From the IMG/VR virus record IMGVR_UViG_3300032330_000565: a stretch of 64,000 nucleotides of DNA; one strand, written 5' to 3'. Shown in pieces: positions 55,033 through 64,000 of this stretch. A program made the translations under genes and the position numbers. Under the pieces are notes generated by a model. That model did no database searches, was not told where the DNA came from, and was given only the letters and a program-made list of their open reading frames with translations. The DNA is from an uncultured virus (IMG/VR IMGVR_UViG_3300032330_000565). Taxonomy: Duplodnaviria; Heunggongvirae; Uroviricota; Caudoviricetes. Numbering within the stretch: position 1 is the first letter of the stretch; the number at the start of each line of letters is the position of its first letter.

Positions 55033-56340
55033 TTAACCATTAAGAATTGCTTGACGACCTGCACTTGTTTCATCAAGTATTGCAATTGACTTTTTAATTT
55101 CAGCGATTGCGATTGTCCCTAATTTATCAATTTCAGGATCTCCCTCCGGTAAAGTACGGTCAGCTTTTTCATATGCTGCTTTAGCTGCATCAGTTATTAC
55201 TTTTTGTTTATCAAATACCACTTTTCGTTCTTCTTCAAATTGCTCTAATTTTGAACGGCGATCATTAACTGCTTGTAGGGCACCGGTTGCAGCAGCAGAA
55301 ATGCCTCCTCCAAAGTTTGGAGTTGGTATTTTTTTATCTCCTAATAAGGTACCAACTGACGCATTCAATTCGCCCCTGTCAACTGTACTTTCAGCTACAG
55401 TTGGCATTTTTAAAGGGAAAGGACTTGATGTACTTAACGAATTCATACTAGCATTTAACGCTGCCGCTGCACCCGCTGGTAATCCAGTTGAAGCTAATGC
55501 TGATAATGGTTGTTTTCCAGCTTGCAACCCCTTTGTTAAAGCGTCTACTGACGGGGGGATGGTTGGTGCTCCTGCAAGTAAACTTGAAGGGTTACTTAAT
55601 TTTCCTGCTAGATCAGATCCAGGACCAGTTAATACTCCCGTCGTAACCAAACTGCTAGCTGAACTAAGTGAAGCGGTTGCGGTGCTTATTTTATTTAAAG
55701 CCGCAGAAGAAGCAGTTTTAGTTATTGAAGTGACGTTTTTCAATGTATCTGTAACTGCACTTGTTCCAGTTTCTTTATTTACAATTGCAGCAATTGAAGA
55801 TTGCCCGCCTGGTAATTTTGATATACCACTAGCAAGTGAAGAAGCTGCTCCACCTGCTACACTTTTTGCTGCGTCTAATGTTCCACTTGCTGCACTTTTT
55901 GCTGCGTCTAATGTTTCACCTGTTGCGCTGCCTGCTGTATCTGCTGCTGCTTGAACTTCTGCATTTTTTTTAGCAATAGCGGTTAAATTTTGAGGCACTC
56001 CGGCAGCTAATGGTTTCATTGATCCTGCTATTGCCGAAAATGCAGAACCAGATATTCCTTTTGCAGCATCGGCTACTCCTGCTAATCCTTCCGGTGGAGC
56101 AATTGATACTGCTTTTGCTTTTTCAAGAAGACCGCTTGGATTAATGCCATCTAATGTTTTTTTAGTTAGATCACCTGCCAAACTTGAAGGATCAGTAATC
56201 GTTGATAGTGAAGTGGTTTTAATCCCATCCAATGAAGTTTTAATTGAACTAAGTCCGCCAGTATCCACTGCTAACTTAGATGCAAAATTTCCAGCACTTA
56301 TAGTGCTTGCTACATTTGATATTGCAGGTATAGTTGCCAT
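55033..56340 (-). CDS. Ala/Ser/Thr-rich low-complexity virion-associated protein, 435 aa
   Basis: Composition, duplicated TLDAAKS and a charged helical C-terminus; lies between the gp5-like and gp25-like genes. Confidence 0.6.
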   Translation of the reverse strand: MATIPAISNVASTISAGNFASKLAVDTGGLSSIKTSLDGIKTTSLSTITDPSSLAGDLTKKTLDGINPSGLLEKAKAVSIAPPEGLAGVADAAKGISGSAFSAIAGSMKPLAAGVPQNLTAIAKKNAEVQAAADTAGSATGETLDAAKSAASGTLDAAKSVAGGAASSLASGISKLPGGQSSIAAIVNKETGTSAVTDTLKNVTSITKTASSAALNKISTATASLSSASSLVTTGVLTGPGSDLAGKLSNPSSLLAGAPTIPPSVDALTKGLQAGKQPLSALASTGLPAGAAAALNASMNSLSTSSPFPLKMPTVAESTVDRGELNASVGTLLGDKKIPTPNFGGGISAAATGALQAVNDRRSKLEQFEEERKVVFDKQKVITDAAKAAYEKADRTLPEGDPEIDKLGTIAIAEIKKSIAILDETSAGRQAILNG

Positions 56341-57020
56341 TAAAGTACCGATCCCATTCCAGTGGTCATTGTCGCAGTCATTCTAGGAATACTATCCGGT
56401 GTACCTATACTCGGTATGTTAGGGGCGTTGCTTTGTAGAAATTCTACTGTAGCCCCTATTCCAACTTGAGATGCAGAATTTATTATCCCTGATATAGCAG
56501 TAGAAGATTCATTTCCACGAATAGCTCCAACCATAGTCATAGCAGTTTGTGCTTGCTGTAAATTAACAATTTGACATGCTGCTTGAGCAGGAACATTATT
56601 AATGTATGCTTGCAAATTCTCTGCTCCGGGCGTGCCAGTAAACAAATTGTTAGTCATGGCAGATTGTATATTCATTCCTTGTTGCACTAACCCAGTAACC
56701 AATGATGCAGAGCCGGGCTTTAATATACCTGCTGCTTCTAATTGTTGAGGAGTTTTTCCTAATATACCTATACCCGCATTGACATTTCCCGAAGCATCTG
56801 TGATTACTCCTAATCCAGATGACGCTACACTTGGATATGCTGCGGCTGCTTGTGAAGCTGCACTACCAATTAAACTAGCAGTTACTCCCGGATCTAATGA
56901 TATACTAGCTGAACCCAATGCAGGAACTGTAGAAAGAGTTGCAGGAGATACCGGATTGCTAGGTGGCAATCTTGCTGAATCATTATACGTTTGACTATCT
57001 AATACTCTGCTTCTAGCCAT
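56340..57020 (-). CDS. Hypothetical baseplate-associated protein, possibly a degenerate lysozyme-like domain, 226 aa
   Basis: Directly after the gp5-like gene; QLEAAGILKPG...LFTG.PG..NLQAYINN..AQ pattern recalls phage muramidase-like domains. Confidence 0.4.
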   Translation of the reverse strand: MARSRVLDSQTYNDSARLPPSNPVSPATLSTVPALGSASISLDPGVTASLIGSAASQAAAAYPSVASSGLGVITDASGNVNAGIGILGKTPQQLEAAGILKPGSASLVTGLVQQGMNIQSAMTNNLFTGTPGAENLQAYINNVPAQAACQIVNLQQAQTAMTMVGAIRGNESSTAISGIINSASQVGIGATVEFLQSNAPNIPSIGTPDSIPRMTATMTTGMGSVL

Positions 57021-57022
57021 AA

Positions 57023-58477
57023 TTAAAACGCTCCACTACTATTATTATTTACTTTAACATCAACACCTTGATTTGCATTTGCCCACGGTGTATGTGCAGG
57101 GGCACGAGAAACAATTGATAACAAATAACCAGGAGATGCTAACCAACCTTTTACTTTATCAAACAATGTATCAGTATGTGCCACAAGAGGAATTTTAGGT
57201 ACTTCAGCTGGAACCACAGAAGTAGAACCGGTATTTAAATTAATTTTACTGCCATTTACAAACATCGTACCACCACTTGCATATGATCCTTCTCCACCTG
57301 CACCCATACTCATTGCCCCATTAACTTTTACTGTGTATTTACCTATTGTATAACCACTAAAGTTTCCACCTGATCTATATGAAATATCTTTTTCTGCATT
57401 TATCTTTATGTTATCAGCAGCAATGTTTAAATCTTTTTTTGCATTGATATTGATGTTGTTGTCTGCATGTAAATTTAAATCACCCTGCGTTCTGATATTT
57501 ACACTATTGGTAGCATACATATCAATTGTGCCTTCTTTGCCCAACTCAATAAAACTTTGACCATTGCTATGAATAATGAATAATGTCTGTCCATCGTCAC
57601 TCATTAATATCTGATGACCCAATGCGGTACGTAATCTAATTAATTGATCTTTGCCGGTAACATCTCCGTCGTCCATAACAATACTATGTCCGCCGCGTCT
57701 AGAAACTACAGCAAGTGATTCACTGTCTTTTTTACTGACACCATCAGTTAAAACATTATCATCAGTAAATCCACCTTGATAGATTGGTCTGCCTGGAGTA
57801 CTGACTCCCCAGCCAACTCTTGAAGGAGATTCACGTAAAGCACTTGATGATATTGGACCTCTAATTGGATCTCTTATTAGTCCTTGCTGTGTATAGATTG
57901 ATGACGAATAGCTGTGTATAGGTTTAGCAGCATTGAGATACGAAGTATCGTTTGTTATACTAGGGTTATTGGTGTTTATATTAGTTACTGGAAGTTTAGT
58001 TGCTCCGCCTAATCCTTCTGCTTCTCCTGAATTTGCCACAATATTTTCAGATGAACCTATTGCAGGAATCATTTGTAACAATTCAGGTTGCAATACACTA
58101 CCAATATAATACCCGTAACTTGGGTCACCGTTAATGAATATACAAACGACAGTACTTCCTATATCAGGTGGGCTATACCACATGCCATATGAACTTGGGT
58201 TTTGTGTGTATGTGCCATAGTCATCAGATTTATTGGAGCCACTTGGTTGAGTAGCCCCAAAGAAAGGACTCATATAACTGACAGTTACCCAGCTTGAACT
58301 ATCATCAGAGTCTGGAGCTCCAAAGTCAGCAAGATACACTTGTATCCTTCCACCTCGTGTAGAGTCAATATTATTTTTAACTATTGCTAGCGTAGGGGTA
58401 TTACGTATTACACCGCCGCCGGCATCTGGCTTGCTTGCTGCAAGTTGTCCTTTTGGTTTAAAAATGTCTTGTGCCAT
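57023..58477 (-). CDS. Baseplate central spike, gp5/VgrG-like (OB fold plus beta-helix), 484 aa
   Basis: DSTRGGRIQVY...W.TVSYMSPF.G...PPDIGSTVVCIF.NGD; GHSIVMDDG; GHQILMSD; short N-I-N-I-x-A beta-helix repeats. Confidence 0.85.
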   Translation of the reverse strand: MAQDIFKPKGQLAASKPDAGGGVIRNTPTLAIVKNNIDSTRGGRIQVYLADFGAPDSDDSSSWVTVSYMSPFFGATQPSGSNKSDDYGTYTQNPSSYGMWYSPPDIGSTVVCIFINGDPSYGYYIGSVLQPELLQMIPAIGSSENIVANSGEAEGLGGATKLPVTNINTNNPSITNDTSYLNAAKPIHSYSSSIYTQQGLIRDPIRGPISSSALRESPSRVGWGVSTPGRPIYQGGFTDDNVLTDGVSKKDSESLAVVSRRGGHSIVMDDGDVTGKDQLIRLRTALGHQILMSDDGQTLFIIHSNGQSFIELGKEGTIDMYATNSVNIRTQGDLNLHADNNININAKKDLNIAADNIKINAEKDISYRSGGNFSGYTIGKYTVKVNGAMSMGAGGEGSYASGGTMFVNGSKINLNTGSTSVVPAEVPKIPLVAHTDTLFDKVKGWLASPGYLLSIVSRAPAHTPWANANQGVDVKVNNNSSGAF

Positions 58478-58514
58478 AATTATTTACTTAAATTTTATCC
58501 TATTCTAAAGCCCG

Positions 58515-61500
58515 TTAAGGACCCACATCATCATCTTGCACTTGTCCAGTACTTGTAGGGACTGTTATAGTTTGATTTTGTTGCAGTCTTTGCATAGGAT
58601 CTACTACGTTGTTTAAAGAATTTACCGATACAGGTAAATTTGCTTCTAGTGCTTGCGCTCTTTGTGCAGGGTCTTGTATACTATTGATTGAATTAACTGA
58701 CGCTGTAGTGGCAGAACCATTAGCAGTCGGGGCTGAGCCTGACCCTGATCTATTAAGTCTCTCAGTTTCTGCATCTGTTTGATTTGCTTTTGCTTCTCTA
58801 CCGGCAGCAGCAGCAACTTCAGCATCTGAGGGTGTGTCAGGAAACGTATTTATATTACAAGTCAATTCTTGCTCAAATTTACCTTTGCTAAATGTGCTAA
58901 TAACTGTTCTAACCATGTAGCTAACACCACCACCCCTGCTATCTATATCTTGTTGAACTGATTTTGGATATTGCCAAAATACTATTTTATCATTGATAGC
59001 CATCAAGCCATCTCTATTATTATAATCCATTGGTTCTTTGAAATTAATCTCAATAAAAACTTGTCCGCCGTTTGGATTAATAGTGTAGCCGTCTGTACCA
59101 TAATATTGATCATAGAATGAATTTATACTACTTGGTGCCGGTTGCATTAAGAAATCAGGATCTCCTAAAACTTTTATCTTTGCAGTAGTATATGCTCCAG
59201 GATCATATAAACTAGTCATATATGCATTTTGTGCTTGTAAACCTAAATCTAATGCACCCTGATCTGGTTGTCCCTGTTCTGCCCCAACTTTCAGCGGAAT
59301 GTTTGCGTTACCACCGGATGATCCTGAAGTGGCACCGCCCCCTGATACTGCTGTGTTATAGTATGCATTATTCATCTCTTGTTCATAATGCAAGACTTCA
59401 GAATTTTTACCAGTGAACCAGTATTCATATCTTTTATGAGGGCCATAATATTTTTTACCAGGTTTAGCGTATGGAGCAGCTATTACTGGTGTTTCGTATG
59501 GTTGAATTACAAAGGTTGTTCTATATGCAAAATCTGATTGGCTTTTATCCCATCCCAAGTTTTGCACTTCTGCTGTCATAGTATACCATTTGATTCTTAC
59601 TTCTTCAGGCTGAACATCTTCTACTGGTTTACCATCTTCATTTGTTTCAGCAGTTGAGACATATACCGTTTTTAACGCATTAACCAAATATTCGCTTTGT
59701 AAAATAATTTGATTAACACATTGTAAGATAGAGCCACCTTTGGTAAAAGTAATTTGACGCACAGTGTTATCAGGTGCGCTTTCCTGTTCGGCTGCTACAT
59801 TTGACTGAGAACTATTACTAACGTTACTCATGGCCCAAACTCTTTTATCTAAAACATCTTTATTAACAATACTTGCATATTTGATTTCAGTTTCAGACTC
59901 TCCTAAAAATACTACATCCCATTCACTTGCGATTTCAATTGCCTTGGTATCTAACAGCTTCTTTTGATCTCGGTTTAATTTTGCAAGTAATCCAAGTGTA
60001 CCGGCTTGCGGAGGTTTAGAAGCCGCTTGTTCACCGGGTTTAACTCCGGCAGCTACTTGCCCGTCCATACCACCCATCAGTGCATCATATACAGTTGACC
60101 CTAAAACAGCGGCACCTTTATCTACAAATCCGCGTTTTGTTCCAAATGCTGTCCCGGACGCAATATTACTTGCTTTGATATTATATACTACTGCTTTACC
60201 ATCTATTTTAAATTTTAGTTCAGTGATGAAAATATCATAAAATCTTTCATATAGACCAAATGCATTTCCATTTGGATTACCATCAGCAGATGGTATTTTA
60301 GAAGGATCAATTACTTCACCATTAGCATCATATCCCAAAAATCTAATACCTAACATAAAAAACTGTCTTGATGGATTTTTTAAATCTTGAAAATTTTTAG
60401 ATTTAGATACTTTACCTAATTCCGTTGCAGCATTGCGTAATTTTGTAATAAAAGAAAATCCATATGGTTCTGTTATTGTAAAAGTTATATCGGTGACGTT
60501 TGTTGCACTAAGGGTGTCTTGTCCGCTAATAGCCTGTGTTATTTTTAAATCATCAATAAAAAAATCTAGGTCAAAGCCAGGGGCACGTTTAGAAGTATTG
60601 TTATTAATACCACCGCTTTGTGCAATTAAGTAAGCACCATTTTTAAATTGTGTAGTAGAAGCATTTGCACTTGATGATGACGGTGGAGAAGTTGTTCTTC
60701 CCCGTTCACCAACTGCTTGAACAAACCCTGAATTTACCGCAGCATCTCTAGTATTTGCATCTTCTGCTGCAACTGATTCGGGAGATGATACTCCAGGTGC
60801 TGCATTGTTAATAGCGTTGATATCAAGCCTACCCGATTGAATAAATGCGTCATACGCATCAGGTGTAATCATATAAAGAGATATTTGATATGTATAGCTT
60901 GAAAAGTTACCCAATGGATTTTGCCAACGCTTATTTGGTTTTTTTACTTTATTTCTACCTGCTTTACCTGCTTGTGTAGTAGGATTTGCTATAACCGGAG
61001 CACCCCCGCCTGCAGGAGGATTTTCATTTAATAAATTTTGATCTTCTCCCGGAGCAGCTTCTATTTCCTTGTCACCGTCAGCACCGCCGGAGTTTATAAA
61101 TTCTTTGTTTTGTTGGTCAGTTTGTTCTTGAGTTTTAGCAGCATTCGCTTCTATTTCAGCATTTTTACTTTTTACTTCTTGTTTAATCTCAGAGGTAACA
61201 GTAAAGTTCATTGCGTCAAAACTACCTTTAGCGGTTACAGCGGCATCACGGGCCGTTTGTGAAGCAGTAATATAACTAGTTACCGGCGCTTGTTCTTCGG
61301 GAGTCAAAGACGCATAAAGTGCATTCATCTCACTTACTAAACTAGGATAAGCACTAAGATAAGCCTGATATGCAGCAGTGTTCTCAGCTACAATAACGTC
61401 AACTTGTGCTTGTGCGGATGGTTCATAGATACTAACTTGATCTACATTGTTCTCTAACGTAGTTGCTTTATTAACATAAGTAGTCGCTAATGCCTGTATC

Positions 61501-61556
61501 TGCGTTGACAACTCAATTATTCTATTTTGTTTTGCGCTGTTTAAGTTATCAGCCAT
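58515..61556 (-). CDS. Putative baseplate hub (gp27-like) protein with an N-terminal helical extension, 1013 aa
   Basis: NPL..FSSYTY.ISLY, IAQSGG, FTITEPYG, YWFTGKN, IKVLGDPDFL, STFSKGKFEQEL; lies between the gp53-like and gp5-like genes. Confidence 0.6.
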   Translation of the reverse strand: MADNLNSAKQNRIIELSTQIQALATTYVNKATTLENNVDQVSIYEPSAQAQVDVIVAENTAAYQAYLSAYPSLVSEMNALYASLTPEEQAPVTSYITASQTARDAAVTAKGSFDAMNFTVTSEIKQEVKSKNAEIEANAAKTQEQTDQQNKEFINSGGADGDKEIEAAPGEDQNLLNENPPAGGGAPVIANPTTQAGKAGRNKVKKPNKRWQNPLGNFSSYTYQISLYMITPDAYDAFIQSGRLDINAINNAAPGVSSPESVAAEDANTRDAAVNSGFVQAVGERGRTTSPPSSSSANASTTQFKNGAYLIAQSGGINNNTSKRAPGFDLDFFIDDLKITQAISGQDTLSATNVTDITFTITEPYGFSFITKLRNAATELGKVSKSKNFQDLKNPSRQFFMLGIRFLGYDANGEVIDPSKIPSADGNPNGNAFGLYERFYDIFITELKFKIDGKAVVYNIKASNIASGTAFGTKRGFVDKGAAVLGSTVYDALMGGMDGQVAAGVKPGEQAASKPPQAGTLGLLAKLNRDQKKLLDTKAIEIASEWDVVFLGESETEIKYASIVNKDVLDKRVWAMSNVSNSSQSNVAAEQESAPDNTVRQITFTKGGSILQCVNQIILQSEYLVNALKTVYVSTAETNEDGKPVEDVQPEEVRIKWYTMTAEVQNLGWDKSQSDFAYRTTFVIQPYETPVIAAPYAKPGKKYYGPHKRYEYWFTGKNSEVLHYEQEMNNAYYNTAVSGGGATSGSSGGNANIPLKVGAEQGQPDQGALDLGLQAQNAYMTSLYDPGAYTTAKIKVLGDPDFLMQPAPSSINSFYDQYYGTDGYTINPNGGQVFIEINFKEPMDYNNRDGLMAINDKIVFWQYPKSVQQDIDSRGGGVSYMVRTVISTFSKGKFEQELTCNINTFPDTPSDAEVAAAAGREAKANQTDAETERLNRSGSGSAPTANGSATTASVNSINSIQDPAQRAQALEANLPVSVNSLNNVVDPMQRLQQNQTITVPTSTGQVQDDDVGP

Positions 61557-61557
61557 T

Positions 61558-61869
61558 TTATATTCCTAGAACTTGTTTTATCATGTCTAATTTAGGTAAA
61601 TATATTCCTATTCCAGTAACAAAATCAAAGTATGGATCTTTTAATCTATTTGGATTACGTTGTGCAAACACCCACCACAATCTGCTATCAGAATACAAAT
61701 CATATGCTAGTAAATCAGGCCTATATTCATATACCGCAGTTATTTCCCAATACAAATCTGATGGTTGCATTGGTATAGGTCTATTGACCATAATATCTAA
61801 AAAATTATTATTAACTGTTTCAGTATAATAATACGGGCTTGACGCCGGGTATACACTATTAGCTGCCAT
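61558..61869 (-). CDS. Baseplate wedge protein, gp53/LysM-like, about 103 aa
   Basis: YEYRPDLLAYDLYSDSRLWWVFAQRN; start placed at the TAATG overlap. Confidence 0.8.
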   Translation of the reverse strand: MAANSVYPASSPYYYTETVNNNFLDIMVNRPIPMQPSDLYWEITAVYEYRPDLLAYDLYSDSRLWWVFAQRNPNRLKDPYFDFVTGIGIYLPKLDMIKQVLGI

Positions 61870-63998
61870 TACCAAATTCCTCCGCCTGCTCGTTTAGATC
61901 CTCTTAATAATGCACCTGTTGCATATTCTGTCAAACTAAACTTATTGCTTATATCATTTCTAGTTACTATTGGGATTGCTGTTATACTTAAACTAATTTT
62001 AGTAGGAACATACGTGGGTTCTTTTGTTCCAGTATCTCTTTGCCAATCCGGAGGTGCTGAAACTGCCCCTGGATTAATTCCACTACTAGACAACCTAGCT
62101 GCACCTGCTTGTCCCGATCCGCCGGGTTTGGGTTGTGATGGATTATTTCCTCTATTTACTCCCGCCGGTGTAGCAGTACTGCCTGCTTTTATATAATCAA
62201 CATCAGTGGGTAAAGCATAGGTGAAGCCTGTAATTGCTAACGGGTGTTCATCAAATTGAAATGCACCTAGTCCAGTTAAATAACACAAAGGAGGGGGAGT
62301 TCCGTTTTTAGGATTCTGATCTTGTCCATAGAACATCTTAGTTAATGATCTAAAGAAATGTATAACTGCTAATAAGTATTCTGCCTCTGAGGTGTCTTGT
62401 GCAGTAAAATCACATCCAATACTGATTGAATCAACTGCGCTACTTCTATAAGTAAAAAACTTATAATTACTATGAGTTAACTCAGTAGGATCATAACTTG
62501 CTGCATATTGAACTGAAATTGCAGGAGTATACGGAAATATTACTCCATCTGTTGCTTGTAATGGAGCCAAAATACCCGGCGGGTCAGCATTATATAAATA
62601 TTTTGCACCCGGCGATAATCTTAATTTTACACGCCAATCTGGTTTAGCTGCAAAATTTGCAGCATCTTGTTGAGTAGCTTGTGATTGTGTATTACGTTCA
62701 TCCCCGGTTGCTCCGTTATAGCCAGATTCATCTGCACCATCTTGCGGGTTGTCTGATTCAATTTCGTCATCCGGGGGCGGGTCATTCTCATCTGGAATGT
62801 CTTCCGGAAACGGATTTTCTACGGCCTCATCTTTAGCCCGTTGTATCTCTGCATCTATTTCTTCATCACTAACTGTTGGAGCATCAAAGTTTTCAACATA
62901 ATTATTTGCATCTACTTGTGCATCTATCCCATCAAATTCATCGGTTGGAGGCGGATCAAAGTTTTCAACATAATTGTTTTCATCAACTTGCTGATCACCC
63001 GGTGGATATGCAGATAGTTCATCTACTTCGGCTGATTGCTGTGCTACCGTATTTGGTGGGAACGCAGATTCTTCATCCGGAATCTCTTCCGGAAAGGGAC
63101 TTTCAATTACCTCCTCATCTACCTGTGCGAATAATTGAGCAGTTTCTTCATCAGACAATACTGTTGTCTCACTATTTGGGAATGGATCCTCATCTACTGC
63201 GACTAATTGAGAGGCCGGGCTTTCATTTTCAATTGCCTCTTCATCTATCTGTGCAAATATTTTGGCTGCTTCTTCATCAGACAATACTGTTGTCTCACTA
63301 TTTGGGAATGGATCCTCTTCTACTGCAAATAATTGAGATGTTTCTGCATCAGATAATGTAGTTGATTCGGCTGCTGCAAACGGATCCTCTTCTGTTGCAA
63401 ATAGCTGAGCCGCTTCTGCATCAGATAATGTAGATGTTGTAGAAGTTACATCTGCGGGCGCCGCAGCAGCAGCCGCCTGCGCTCGTTGCGCCGGATCTGA
63501 TACATTATTAGTTGAGCCTGTACTTGGAACTACCACCGCTGCTTGTGCCCTTTGTGCCGGATCTTGTACATTGTTTGTTGAAGATGCCGGTGTAGCAGTA
63601 TTTGAATTATTCACAAGAGTCTGTGATAAGTTTGTCCCACCAAATACGTTATTAAAAACTGACAATCCCGCACCAGCTAGTGCTGCTAAACCCAAAATAT
63701 TTTGTACTGATACAACAGACGAAACTCCATTGTTTGTTGCAGGCGGGGATGCGGCTGCTGCTGCATTCAATACAGGAGTAGTAACTGATCCTTGGACAAA
63801 CTTGCCCCCGGGTGCTGCTTGAGAAACATTTGTGGTTGACCCTACGGCAAACGTATTAGGCGGAGCATTTCCTGTAGCTTGCTTGATTGCAGCCTGTGCA
63901 GCAGCCAATGTTGCTGCTGAATTAGCTGTAATATTAATTGTTGAGGTTGTGGCTGTAGTCCCGGTACCGGTTACATTTGCTGTAGAGGGTGATGCGTT
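61869..63998 (-). CDS. Tail-tube initiator/baseplate protein (gp48/gp54-like C-terminal domain) with a long low-complexity acidic N-terminal region; 5' end lies beyond the window
   Basis: GVIFPYTP...THSNY...FTAQ...HFFRS.TKMFYG...GTPPP...LPTDVDY. The frame stays open from 63908 to the window end, so the TTG start in the track is not the true start. Confidence 0.7.
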   Translation of the reverse strand, partial: NASPSTANVTGTGTTATTSTINITANSAATLAAAQAAIKQATGNAPPNTFAVGSTTNVSQAAPGGKFVQGSVTTPVLNAAAAASPPATNNGVSSVVSVQNILGLAALAGAGLSVFNNVFGGTNLSQTLVNNSNTATPASSTNNVQDPAQRAQAAVVVPSTGSTNNVSDPAQRAQAAAAAAPADVTSTTSTLSDAEAAQLFATEEDPFAAAESTTLSDAETSQLFAVEEDPFPNSETTVLSDEEAAKIFAQIDEEAIENESPASQLVAVDEDPFPNSETTVLSDEETAQLFAQVDEEVIESPFPEEIPDEESAFPPNTVAQQSAEVDELSAYPPGDQQVDENNYVENFDPPPTDEFDGIDAQVDANNYVENFDAPTVSDEEIDAEIQRAKDEAVENPFPEDIPDENDPPPDDEIESDNPQDGADESGYNGATGDERNTQSQATQQDAANFAAKPDWRVKLRLSPGAKYLYNADPPGILAPLQATDGVIFPYTPAISVQYAASYDPTELTHSNYKFFTYRSSAVDSISIGCDFTAQDTSEAEYLLAVIHFFRSLTKMFYGQDQNPKNGTPPPLCYLTGLGAFQFDEHPLAITGFTYALPTDVDYIKAGSTATPAGVNRGNNPSQPKPGGSGQAGAARLSSSGINPGAVSAPPDWQRDTGTKEPTYVPTKISLSITAIPIVTRNDISNKFSLTEYATGALLRGSKRAGGGIW
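62790..63440 (-). repeat. Acidic coding repeats (LSDxEx2QLFAx2EDPF, PFPE(E/D)IPDE, QVDxNNYVENFD)
   Basis: Includes a perfect 48-bp direct repeat at 63144-63191 and 63270-63317. Confidence 0.85.
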
Positions 63999-64000
63999 TG

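Noticed and set aside
51133..63998. Bacterial T6SS or extracellular contractile injection system
   Set aside because: T4-like late promoter motifs, single-strand dense coding, phage-type fibre genes and the absence of bacterial housekeeping or membrane-complex genes point to a phage baseplate module.
274..63998. Alternative genetic code (stop-codon reassignment)
   Set aside because: The standard code gives long, tightly packed ORFs, and TAA, TAG and TGA are all used as stops at gene junctions.

Overview
This is a 64-kb segment of a large lytic myovirus-type (jumbo-like) phage. It is AT-rich and densely coded, with every credible gene on the minus strand and many TAATG/ATGA overlaps. In transcription order (right to left) it holds four modules. 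(1) A T4-like baseplate/tail module (~28.2-64 kb): tube-initiator-like protein (truncated by the window edge), gp53-like, hub-like, gp5-like, gp25-like and gp6-like proteins, a 6625-aa modular giant protein and fibre proteins. (2) A ~22-kb glycan-synthesis and tailoring island (5.9-28.2 kb): several glycosyltransferase-like proteins, six radical SAM enzymes (four with an N-terminal twitch domain, one cobalamin-dependent), a GDP-mannose 3,5-epimerase-like SDR, a NodU/CmcH carbamoyltransferase with an unannotated PFIY-ending peptide, SGNH proteins and a 1788-aa repeat protein that looks like an amplified pseudo-glycosyltransferase. (3) An envelope-targeted gene trio (1.65-5.83 kb) that includes an Asn/Thr repeat protein. 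(4) A circularly permuted two-piece tmRNA gene with tag ANDSVYSLAA and a sigma70 promoter. Modules 2 and 3 each begin with a T4-style late promoter inside a hairpin that would block the ribosome-binding site on read-through mRNA. All family assignments come from reading motifs by eye; no database searches were run.
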